Assembly (NCBI GenBank): GCA_964345045.1 | Contig: CAYFPM010000001.1 | Coordinates: 108,215-172,214, forward strand | From: an uncultured Gammaproteobacteria bacterium | GTDB taxonomy: Bacteria; Patescibacteriota; Patescibacteriia; Magasanikbacterales; UBA922 | Length of the DNA: 64,000 bases | Direction: 5' to 3' | Program-made: the position numbers and the translations under genes | The notes under the pieces: generated by a model | The model's database searches: none | Seen by the model: only the letters and a program-made list of their open reading frames with translations | What the model was told of the DNA's origin: nothing | In this document: positions 56,076-64,000 of the stretch, one piece after another | Layout: every line of letters starts with the position of its first letter | Numbering within the stretch: position 1 is the first letter of the stretch

Positions 56076-56753
56076 CTAAGCACTGTGCTTAATAGTGTAT
56101 TTTGGATTTAACTTTACAAAAGGAATTTCTACTTTGTTTTTTAAGGCGCTCATTAGGTAGTTAAAGAGAATATATGTAAGTGAAATTCCAATAGCCATTA
56201 GCATTCTTTCTTTCCAAACAATTGGAATTAAACTAATCCATAGTTCTGCTTTCATCCCAAAAGCCCAGATCCAGAGTGCTCCGCCAACGCTATGAGCAGT
56301 AAATGTACTACCCAAAGCTCTTGCAAACAAAAATTTGTTGTGGAAGAAATAAGCTAATATAGGAACAGTCCAATAAAGGGCGTAGTACCAAGCGGCTCTT
56401 CCTTCTGGGTGAGCCCAAAAAGCTAGCATAGCTGCAATTGGTACAAGCAAAGTCCATTTGCTTTGTTTGGCAAAATAAAGAACTGCAAAAAGCATTGGTA
56501 GTAATCTAATTAATTGAGCAGTTTCTGTAGAAAAACCACCGATGGCCCAACCAAAAACTTGCATAACAGCTACAGTGATTAGACCCAAACCAGAACCAAC
56601 AAAAGCTCCGGCAATAGGACCATAGAAATCGAATAAGCTAAAGCGAACGTTTTCTGCTCCAACTAATTGACTAAAAGGAACTTGCATAGCTAGTAGCCCC
56701 AACAAGGCGAATACAGCTACAAATAAGGTTTTCTTTTGAGTTTGTTTCTTCAT
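56076..56753 (-). CDS. Polytopic membrane protein (possible vitamin/precursor uptake S-component-like transporter)
   Basis: 6 predicted TM helices, about 225 aa. No definitive motif. Confidence 0.4.
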   Translation of the reverse strand: MKKQTQKKTLFVAVFALLGLLAMQVPFSQLVGAENVRFSLFDFYGPIAGAFVGSGLGLITVAVMQVFGWAIGGFSTETAQLIRLLPMLFAVLYFAKQSKWTLLVPIAAMLAFWAHPEGRAAWYYALYWTVPILAYFFHNKFLFARALGSTFTAHSVGGALWIWAFGMKAELWISLIPIVWKERMLMAIGISLTYILFNYLMSALKNKVEIPFVKLNPKYTIKHSA

Positions 56754-56852
56754 AAATGATAGTAAATAGTAATTAGTAAACGGTAAATTGAGTTATGTAC
56801 GAATTACGAATTGACGAATGATTTTTTTGTTACAACATAGCTTTTAATTTAT

Positions 56853-57932
56853 TTATCTGGCTAGTACATACATCATATTGCCTAGGTTTCTGACTTTGCC
56901 TTTCATTTCCATTATAGTCAGCGTACTGTTTACTATTGCCCCAGGCAAGGAACTTTTTTTGCTAATTTCGTCTACATGTTTTGGTTCTCTAGAAAGATGC
57001 TCTATGAGCAAATTTTCTTCCTTTGTATCGCCGACAATGGCTCTATTTGTAACATATTGAGTAGCGTCCTGCAAGTTTAGAGCGTCCAAAATATCTTCTG
57101 GATCAGTAACTACTTTGGCTCCCATTTTTAGCAGATTATTCGAACCGGCAGCCGTAGGAGAGGTAATATTTTGGGGTACTGTGAATACATCTCTACCACC
57201 TTCCAACGCGCATTCGGCTGTAATCAACGAGCCAGAACCTTGGCTAGCTTCTATTACAAGTGTCCCCAGACTCATACCGGCAATAATTCTGTTTCTCCTG
57301 GGGAAGGTATATTTGTTTGGGACGGTTCCAGGAGGGTATTCTGTAATTACGGCTCCACCGGTTTCAATTATCTTGTTTGCCATGCGGCGATGGATCCCTG
57401 GTTGTACATGAGCTTCGTTGTTGCCAGAGCCTAGGACGGCAATAGTCTTGCCGCCTTGGTCTAGTGTAGATTGATGAGCTATGCCATCTATTCCCAGTGC
57501 CAAACCACTAACTATGGTTATATTCTTTCTAGCTAGTTCAGATATTAATTCTTGGGTGACTTGTTCTCCGTATTGACTGAATTTTCTTGGGCCTACTACT
57601 GCCAGAGGAAAATGTAAATTTTTCAAAGATCCTCGTACAAACAAGCAAATTGGAGGATCATAAATTTGTTGCAAAAGTTCTGGATAATCTGGGTCTTCTT
57701 TTGTAATACAATTTATTTTTTCTTTTTCTAATATTTTTGTTATTTTTTCTACATCTAAATTATCTCGCCAATTTACAAATTCATCTACAAATTCTTCTTT
57801 CCATCCCAGATTTTTCAATTCTTTTTTCCCAGACACCCAAGCTTTGTCCAAGTTGCCAAAATATTTAATTAAATCTTGATAACGTTTGTGAGTTAGCTTT
57901 GGGAAATGAGCTAATAGTACCTCCTTTTTCAT
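56853..57932 (-). CDS. dprA: DNA processing protein DprA
   Basis: Rossmann-like block IVSGLALGIDGIAHQSTLDQGGKTIAVLGSG. Confidence 0.85.
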   Translation of the reverse strand: MKKEVLLAHFPKLTHKRYQDLIKYFGNLDKAWVSGKKELKNLGWKEEFVDEFVNWRDNLDVEKITKILEKEKINCITKEDPDYPELLQQIYDPPICLFVRGSLKNLHFPLAVVGPRKFSQYGEQVTQELISELARKNITIVSGLALGIDGIAHQSTLDQGGKTIAVLGSGNNEAHVQPGIHRRMANKIIETGGAVITEYPPGTVPNKYTFPRRNRIIAGMSLGTLVIEASQGSGSLITAECALEGGRDVFTVPQNITSPTAAGSNNLLKMGAKVVTDPEDILDALNLQDATQYVTNRAIVGDTKEENLLIEHLSREPKHVDEISKKSSLPGAIVNSTLTIMEMKGKVRNLGNMMYVLAR

Positions 57933-57935
57933 ATT

Positions 57936-58484
57936 TTATATTTCTATTATCTTGTTAATTTCTGTTACAGATCTTTGGATTGCTTTGTCTAATTTCTTTT
58001 TTTCAAGAATACCAAACTTGTTCAAAACAAATTTTGGAATGTCTTGCATTTTTTTTTCATTTTCACTGGCAATTCCAATTCTTACCCGATCAAATTTTTG
58101 GGTGCCGATATGCTCTATGGCAGAGCGTACCCCGTTGTGCCCGGCGTGGCCTCGGTCAGATTGTACCTTTACATTGCCAAGCAATATATCTTTGTCGTCG
58201 TGAACCAAGATAATATCCCTTGGAGCGATTTTGTAATAATGGGCGATTAGACCAATTGATTCCCCAGAGTTATTCATAAAGGTCATTGGTTTGGCCAAAA
58301 TTATTTTGTCACCACCAATCTGACAACCACTAATCTCGGCGTTGAATTTTTTACTTAATTGCCAATCTCCAATATCGTTATTTAGCAAATTTTTGTGCAA
58401 AGCATCTAATACCATAAAACCAACGTTGTGTCTGGTACGTTCATATTTTTTGCCTGGATTGCCTAGACCAATGATTAGTTTCAT
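57936..58484 (-). CDS. pth: Peptidyl-tRNA hydrolase
   Basis: MKLIIGLGNPGKKYERTRHNVGF. Confidence 0.9.
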   Translation of the reverse strand: MKLIIGLGNPGKKYERTRHNVGFMVLDALHKNLLNNDIGDWQLSKKFNAEISGCQIGGDKIILAKPMTFMNNSGESIGLIAHYYKIAPRDIILVHDDKDILLGNVKVQSDRGHAGHNGVRSAIEHIGTQKFDRVRIGIASENEKKMQDIPKFVLNKFGILEKKKLDKAIQRSVTEINKIIEI

Positions 58485-58591
58485 ATTTCTTAAAAAGCTT
58501 ACAATGCCTACAAAGCTCGCAAGGCTATTTTGGGCGGTTATGTATGATTATCATTTAGCTTAGTAAGCCTTGCAGGCCTGGTAAGCTTTTT

Positions 58592-59974
58592 TTATCTTTT
58601 AATTTTGCTCATTCTTATAATAATAGGACTGGCAAAAAAATCAAATCTTTCTCTTAGTCTTCTTTCTACAAAGTTTACATAAGAGCTGTGCAAAGAAGTT
58701 TTGCTTTTGATAAGAAGTTCAAAAACCGGTGGATTACTATCTAATTGACGCATACCCAAAATTTTTGGTCTTCGAGTACCTTTGCCTTTGCCTGGTTTGT
58801 GTTCGGCAATACAATCTTCCAAAAATTTTTCCAAAACTTCACCAGGGATAAGGGTTTTTCTAGATTCGGCGGCTCTAATTAGAAGAGGAAATATTTTGTG
58901 AATGCCGTAACTTGTTTTGCCACTTACAAATTCAATTGGGGCAAATTTGACATGAGGAAAATGAGCATAGATCATTTTTTTGACTTCTTGACGGTTGGCA
59001 TCACTATTGTCTTCGGCCAAGTCCCATTTGTTCAAGATTATCACTACGCTTTTGCCACGTCTTTCTACTAGTCCGCCTAGTTGCATGTCTTGTTGAGAAA
59101 TAGGCTCAGAACCGTCTAGTACAAATAATACCAGATCTGACTCTTCGATAGAATTGATACTTTTTTGGATTCCAGCTCTTTCTAATTCTCCTTTTACTTT
59201 GGTTTTGCGACGAATCCCAGCCGTATCTACAAAAGTAATTTGATGTTTTCTTTTGCCCTCTGTATATTCTATTTCTGTGTCATGAGGTTCACGAGTAGTA
59301 TGTGGTTTGTCACTAACAATTACTTTTTCTTCACCGATTAGTTTGTTGAATATAGAAGATTTACCCGCGTTTGGTTTGCCGATTAGGCTAACTCTTAGAG
59401 TATTACTTTTTTCAGTGTATTTTTTTGGTCTTTTGCTACCTTTTTGCAAGGTTGTATAAATATGATCTAGCAAATCTCCAACCCTGCGGCCGCTGGCAGC
59501 CGAGATAGGATACACATCACCCAAGCCAAGTTTATAAAATTCGCTATTGGTGATATTTTCTTCAATACTTTTTTTATCGGCTTTGTTGGCCACTACTAAG
59601 ACAGGCTTGGTTATTATTCTTCTCATGCGTTTGGCCAATTCTTTTTCTTGGGGCATTAGGCCTTCGGCTGCATCTACCACAAACAATATTAAATCGGCTA
59701 CTTTCATAGCAGCTTCACTTTGTTTCAAAATATCGTGTTCAAAATCAATCTCATCTTCAAAAGTAAGGCCTCCTGTGTCTATTACTTTTATTTCTTTTCC
59801 TTTCCAAAGGATAAGACCTTCGTTACTGGTTCTGGTAGTGCCTGGTGTATCGGAGACTATAGCTTTTCTATCTTCGATTAGTTTGTTAAACAAGGTTGAT
59901 TTGCCAACATTAACTCTACCAACCAAAGCAATGGTGGGTAGTTTGTTTTCTGTTTGGATAACTTTTTTACTCAT
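58592..59974 (-). CDS. der: GTPase Der (EngA), tandem GTPase domains + KH-like
   Basis: Two G1 boxes: GRVNVGKSTLFN and GKPNAGKSSIFN. Confidence 0.9.
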   Translation of the reverse strand: MSKKVIQTENKLPTIALVGRVNVGKSTLFNKLIEDRKAIVSDTPGTTRTSNEGLILWKGKEIKVIDTGGLTFEDEIDFEHDILKQSEAAMKVADLILFVVDAAEGLMPQEKELAKRMRRIITKPVLVVANKADKKSIEENITNSEFYKLGLGDVYPISAASGRRVGDLLDHIYTTLQKGSKRPKKYTEKSNTLRVSLIGKPNAGKSSIFNKLIGEEKVIVSDKPHTTREPHDTEIEYTEGKRKHQITFVDTAGIRRKTKVKGELERAGIQKSINSIEESDLVLFVLDGSEPISQQDMQLGGLVERRGKSVVIILNKWDLAEDNSDANRQEVKKMIYAHFPHVKFAPIEFVSGKTSYGIHKIFPLLIRAAESRKTLIPGEVLEKFLEDCIAEHKPGKGKGTRRPKILGMRQLDSNPPVFELLIKSKTSLHSSYVNFVERRLRERFDFFASPIIIRMSKIKR

Positions 59975-59977
59975 AAA

Positions 59978-61486
59978 TTATTCTTCAAAATTTTCTCCCA
60001 ATATTATTAATATATCGGTTGTGCTGGTGGCAGCTTCTCCCTCTGGGATAGTTTGTTTTACAGGTATGCCCAAAGAATTTTTTAAAATTTCTAATACATC
60101 TGGAGCAGAAATATCCGACACTACATAGATTCCACTTTGGGAGATGGGTCTTTCATTTGTATTCCCAATGTTAGAAACAGTTACTTCTTTGTTGATTAAT
60201 CTTTGTCTAATTCTAGCGGCCATACCAGCTTGCCAGGTTCCATTTAAAACTTCAACTTTGGCCGGAGTTAGAGCTGGGATATCTTGATTTGGGGTAGTGT
60301 CTGGAGTTTCTTCTACAATTACAAAAACTTCGTCAATCATTTTGTTTATGTCGTCAAAGTTACCGGTTTTTGGTTTTAGGATAAAGGCACCTTCTTTGGT
60401 AAAACCGCTATTCAAAAATCCATCTTGGCTACTGTCTATAACTGTACTTGAAAGTTTTATCATTTCCATGTCTTTGGCCAATCGGATAAAAGATATAATA
60501 TCGGAAAAAGATAAATTGGTTTGCATGTGACTACCTAAGGATTTTATAATGCCACTAAGCTTGATGGGATTGGCCAAAGTTTGAAAAGAAGTTAATTTTT
60601 CTTTTAGGGCCAAGATTACTTTTTGTTGTCTTTTGGCACGGGCAAAATCCGAACCTTCGTGGTTGTTGCCATGACGTGAACGAGCATATTGCAAAGCTCT
60701 GTCTCCATCCATAGTCTCGATCCCTTTTTGGAATCGAACAGTTTGGTAAGTGTCGTTTATGTCTGGATATTCTATATCTGTAAAAGATCTTTCTACATCT
60801 ATTTTTACGCCACCTACCACATCTACTATTTCGGCAAAAGCTTTGAAGTCGACTCGGATATAATAGGGAATTTCTACATCAAAAGTATCTTCTACTACTG
60901 TTACAGCTAGCTTAGCTCCATCTCCTGGGTTGTCGGCCTCGCCAAAGGCATTGGCATGATTAATTTTGTTCCAACCGTGACCAGGTATTTTTACTCCCAA
61001 GTCTCGGGGTATAGAAACCATGGCTACTTGGCTAGTAGAAGGTTTTATACTAGCGAGGATCATAGTATCTGTAAGAAATGGTCCATCGTGGCCTAGTCCG
61101 CCCATGCCTAAGAGAAGTATATTGATACGATCATCTTTTTGGCCATCTAACTTTGGTTCTGGTTTGAAAATGTGGGTAATTTTTTGGAAAAATCCTTCTG
61201 GTTTTTTGGTTTCCAAAGTAGTGGGATCGTAAATATTTGGGTCGTTTACATTTTGGTTGCCAAAAGCTCCTTTTAGTTGACCAAAGGCGACAAAGACAAA
61301 AAATAATAGGGCAAAAATAAAGACAACCCGGCTAATTTTTTTGCGGGTATTTTTTTGTTGCTTATCTTTTTCTAGAAAATTTACCGATTGCCTCTCGGCT
61401 ATAGTACCGAATTGTCTGGTTTTTCTTGGAGAGTTTGTATCGGGAATATTTCTATTTTGCGAATTGTTGGGAGTGTTTGGCTCCAT
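59978..61486 (-). CDS. LytR-CpsA-Psr (LCP) family cell-envelope phosphotransferase
   Basis: N-terminal TM. LCP core INILLLGMGG...TDTMILASI...VSIPRD. C-terminal LytR_C-like region. Confidence 0.8.
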   Translation of the reverse strand: MEPNTPNNSQNRNIPDTNSPRKTRQFGTIAERQSVNFLEKDKQQKNTRKKISRVVFIFALLFFVFVAFGQLKGAFGNQNVNDPNIYDPTTLETKKPEGFFQKITHIFKPEPKLDGQKDDRINILLLGMGGLGHDGPFLTDTMILASIKPSTSQVAMVSIPRDLGVKIPGHGWNKINHANAFGEADNPGDGAKLAVTVVEDTFDVEIPYYIRVDFKAFAEIVDVVGGVKIDVERSFTDIEYPDINDTYQTVRFQKGIETMDGDRALQYARSRHGNNHEGSDFARAKRQQKVILALKEKLTSFQTLANPIKLSGIIKSLGSHMQTNLSFSDIISFIRLAKDMEMIKLSSTVIDSSQDGFLNSGFTKEGAFILKPKTGNFDDINKMIDEVFVIVEETPDTTPNQDIPALTPAKVEVLNGTWQAGMAARIRQRLINKEVTVSNIGNTNERPISQSGIYVVSDISAPDVLEILKNSLGIPVKQTIPEGEAATSTTDILIILGENFEE

Positions 61487-61578
61487 ACTGGCCTTAGTAT
61501 AGCCAAAAATTGGCTTTTTGGCAATGGTTGTTGCTATGCAATTTTTTTGGTATAATTAGGTCGAATCATATTTTTGCT

Positions 61579-62082
61579 ATGCCAAAAAATATCGACAATC
61601 AAACTTTGATCGGGAGCCACTTGCATGAGTGGACTATTCCAGAGTACGAACAGCACAATAGAGGCATCTTGTGGTATGTACTTACCATAAGTGTTGGTAT
61701 TATTTTTGTACTATATGGACTTTTTAGTGATAATTTTATTTTTTCACTAATTATAATTTTGGCAGCTATTATTGTGTTTTTGCAATCTCATCAAGATCCT
61801 TTGCAAGTTAGTTTTAAGATTACGGAGCTTGGTTTGGTAGTGGGCAATAGATTTTATGATTATTCCGAGTTGGATGATTTTTATATTATTTACAATCCAC
61901 CAGAAGTAAAGACTTTGTTTTTTTCTACCAAAAGTATTGCCAGACCTACTATTAGAATTCCGCTTTTGGATCAAAATCCTCTGCAAGTTAGAGAGTCTTT
62001 GCAAAATTTTTTGGACGAAGATTTGGAAAAAGAAGAAGAACCAAAGAGTGATTTGCTAGCTAGAAGATGGAAAATTCACTAA
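61579..62082 (+). CDS. Hypothetical membrane protein (2 TM + C-terminal soluble domain)
   Basis: The start was moved to MPKNIDNQ because the longer ORF would abut the divergent LCP gene start. Confidence 0.4.
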   Translation: MPKNIDNQTLIGSHLHEWTIPEYEQHNRGILWYVLTISVGIIFVLYGLFSDNFIFSLIIILAAIIVFLQSHQDPLQVSFKITELGLVVGNRFYDYSELDDFYIIYNPPEVKTLFFSTKSIARPTIRIPLLDQNPLQVRESLQNFLDEDLEKEEEPKSDLLARRWKIH

Positions 62083-62188
62083 GTTTTGGATTTTATAATT
62101 ATAAATTAGCGCGCAGCGCTTTTTTGGTTGCATTGACATTTTTTTAATTTTGAGGTATATTCTCTTCACTTAATTGCAAATTTTATTT

Positions 62189-62260
62189 GCCCCTGTAGTT
62201 TAATGGATAAAACAACGGCTTGCGGAGCCGTCGATCTAGGTTCGATTCCTGGTGGGGGCA
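62189..62260 (+). tRNA. tRNA-Arg (anticodon reads GCG); CCA not encoded
   Basis: GCCCCTGTAGTTTAATGGATAAAACAACGGCTTGCGGAGCCGTCGATCTAGGTTCGATTCCTGGTGGGGGCA. Cloverleaf with a GTTCGATTC T-loop and a 5-bp anticodon stem ACGGC/GCCGT. Confidence 0.7.
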
Positions 62261-62269
62261 CAATGTAAA

Positions 62270-62451
62270 AATTATTTATCTAGGTTCTGCCCCTTTGGGG
62301 CATCCGCCTGAGGCGGAGATTCCTAGCGAGAGCACAGAAAAACGCCCATTGTGGCGTTTTTTGTTTTGTTAGAGATTCTCACCCTTCGGGTGATCCGCCG
62401 AAGGCGGGTTGGTGGGGGCACAAATTTAACCAGCCAATTTGGCTGGTTTTT
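62270..62451 (+). repeat. Degenerate tRNA-Arg-derived segment: CTAGGTTC and TGGTGGGGGCACA (62410-62422) repeats, two CCGCC...GGCGG hairpins and two terminator-like hairpins
   Basis: 13-nt identity with the tRNA-Arg 3' end. AAAAACGCCCATTGTGGCGTTTTTT and AACCAGCCAATTTGGCTGGTTTTT. Confidence 0.6.
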
Positions 62452-62561
62452 GGTAGCTAAAATTTATATATAATACTTGACCCTTAATAACAAAAATGAT
62501 ATACAAAATTTGTAGATAGTCTGTCTACAAATTTGTTCATTCTTACCCTAGGAGGGGAAAG

Positions 62562-63140
62562 ATGTTAGTCGTAGAAAAAAAATTTCCAGTGGTGTACAGT
62601 CTTCTCGATGGTAAAGTCACTGAGATTCACTCGGAATGGGTGCGGCTGGAAGAGCTGGCTGCCATGGTGGGTATGCCTCCTCGGAAGGTTTTCAAGGCCT
62701 TCCGTCTGCTTGCACATATCAGCCAAATAGCCGGTAAGGTCCCGGTTCTACACTGGGCGACAGAAGATGGATTTTGTTGCGACCTCGGTATGCAAGACGG
62801 TCACCCAGATCCGGAAGCACATCAGTTCAATGGGCTATACGTGCCCAGCAGCTGGGTTCACAAGGTGCTCGAGGCCGTGAAATACGAAGTCACCAAACTC
62901 AAAATAGTCGAAATGAAAGTAGATGGAGAACATGAAAATACCGGTGTAGGGTATCAAAGGTGGATTCCGCCTGGGGTTGCACGAGTGTTGGATTCTACCG
63001 TTGACTCGGGTAGTACCAATTGCCGGTTCGTCATGGCCTATACAGGCTCTAGAGGGCAAACACCATTGTCTCCGGATCGCTCTCATTTCATGAGAAAGGG
63101 GACTAGTTATCAGGTTCTACGAAACAACAAAGAGGTTTAG
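62562..63140 (+). CDS. GC-rich hypothetical protein (GGAGGGG RBS) downstream of the tRNA-Arg scar; island gene
   Basis: 192-aa ORF, about 53% GC, strong SD. No known domain. Confidence 0.5.
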   Translation: MLVVEKKFPVVYSLLDGKVTEIHSEWVRLEELAAMVGMPPRKVFKAFRLLAHISQIAGKVPVLHWATEDGFCCDLGMQDGHPDPEAHQFNGLYVPSSWVHKVLEAVKYEVTKLKIVEMKVDGEHENTGVGYQRWIPPGVARVLDSTVDSGSTNCRFVMAYTGSRGQTPLSPDRSHFMRKGTSYQVLRNNKEV

Positions 63141-63224
63141 TCTGGTTTTTTACTTTTTTGATTTGAAGGGGAGAATCCCATGTAGATCAATTTGTTCTAG
63201 TACAATCCAGACAATCACAAAAGT

Positions 63225-63250
63225 CCATCATTTAAAATGGTGGTTTTTTG
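63225..63250 (+). terminator. Intrinsic terminator
   Basis: CCATCATTTAAAATGGTGG followed by TTTTTTG. Confidence 0.55.
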
Positions 63251-63265
63251 TTTGTATTTTTTTAT

Positions 63266-63793
63266 TTATGCTTTGAGGTAGTTAAGCATAGTATCGACAT
63301 CGGAAATTTCGAATGGATCGGTTGGGCAGTTGTCTCCAAAACCTGGTTCAATAAAGGCTTGTTTGATTTGACCATCTTCTATATACAAACTATATCTCCA
63401 AGATCTTTTGCCAAAGCCTAGATTTTCTTTTTTTACCATCATGCCAAGAGCTTCGGTAAATTCACACGAACCATCTGGAATTAATTTTACTTTTTTTACA
63501 CCTTGGTCTTTGCCCCAAGCATTCATTACAAAAGCGTCGTTTACAGAGATACAATAAACTTCGTCAACACCAGCTTCTTTTAGTTCTTCGTATTTGGTTT
63601 CGTAGCCTGGCAAATGAGTAGAAGAACAAGTAGGAGTAAAGGCTCCTGGCAATCCAAATAGGACTACTTTTTTGCCAGCAAATAATTCGTCGGAAGTAGT
63701 ATCTTTCCAATCTATTGTGCCAGATTCGTCTTTGGTTCTCATTTTAAAAGTTACAGATGGGATTTGTTTCCCAACTAGATTTTTGCTTTCCAT
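63266..63793 (-). CDS. Peroxiredoxin, Prx5-like (AhpC/TSA family)
   Basis: Peroxidatic Cys context GLPGAFTPTCSSTHLPGY. Confidence 0.8.
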   Translation of the reverse strand: MESKNLVGKQIPSVTFKMRTKDESGTIDWKDTTSDELFAGKKVVLFGLPGAFTPTCSSTHLPGYETKYEELKEAGVDEVYCISVNDAFVMNAWGKDQGVKKVKLIPDGSCEFTEALGMMVKKENLGFGKRSWRYSLYIEDGQIKQAFIEPGFGDNCPTDPFEISDVDTMLNYLKA

Positions 63794-63929
63794 ATATTAT
63801 TTAGTTAATTACATTTAGTTGTGAGAGAGTGAATTATACCCTAAAAAATAAAAGAGACAAAACTGCTGGAATTTTCATATAAAATGTTATAAAATTAGTA
63901 CAACCAGTTGGCAGTATCCCTGTAGCAAC

Positions 63930-64000
63930 TGGAGGATCTTACGTTGGTTTCGACGTAGAAAGGCGAGCCATAATGTCTGAAATTCCTGAAGACCAAGATC
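63930..64000 (+). ncRNA. ssrA: Possible 5' end of tmRNA (ssrA), truncated by the window edge
   Basis: GGAGGATCTTACGTTGGTTTCGACGTAG resembles the tmRNA 5' acceptor/P2 region (GGGG..CGUUACGGAUUCGAC). Weak, partial. Confidence 0.25.

Overview
This is a low-GC (about 35-40%), gene-dense bacterial chromosomal segment whose backbone is the ribosomal-protein super-operon. On the plus strand it runs rpsL-rpsG-fusA, then after a 12-kb insertion tuf-rpsJ-rplC-rplD-rplW-rplB-rpsS-rplV-rpsC-rplP-rpmC-rpsQ-rplN-rplX-rplE-rpsZ-rpsH-rplF-rplR-rpsE-rplO-secY-adk-map, followed by ruvX-recO. Housekeeping genes flank it: trhO, rpmB, an M50 protease, trmD, asnS, an rsmB-like methyltransferase, aspS, scpAB, a dacA-like gene, parAB, rel, topA, folC, dprA, pth, der and an LCP protein. 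A complete 16S rRNA gene sits alone between trmD and a membrane-protein gene, with no linked 23S/5S. tRNA-Leu(CAA) and tRNA-Arg are present. There is no rpmD (L30) between rpsE and rplO, Rel is a short form, and native genes mostly lack Shine-Dalgarno sequences. Together with the solitary 16S, these traits fit a reduced-genome Patescibacteria/CPR-like organism; this is inference from the sequence, not a database match. Six short GC-rich patches (45-60% GC) carry secreted, lipoprotein or regulator-like ORFs that, unlike native genes, have strong GGAGG-type ribosome-binding sites. They look horizontally acquired, and two lie beside tRNA genes that have partial 3'-end duplications. The window is full of small repeat families: CCTCCCCT..AGGGGAGG hairpins (some inserted in-frame in folC and the rsmB-like gene), a 90-nt palindromic element copied four times between r-protein genes, MITE-like elements with TGTCATTGCGAGG termini, and a 95-bp element with 9-nt periodicity abutting the rpsL and rpsG start codons. 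Four r-proteins (L3, L23, L22, S5) share a K/E-rich terminal extension with a common SGVVKEE-like motif. No single canonical defence or mobile system was recognised; the most unusual signals are the repeat/leader architecture of the r-protein operons and the foreign-gene cassettes.
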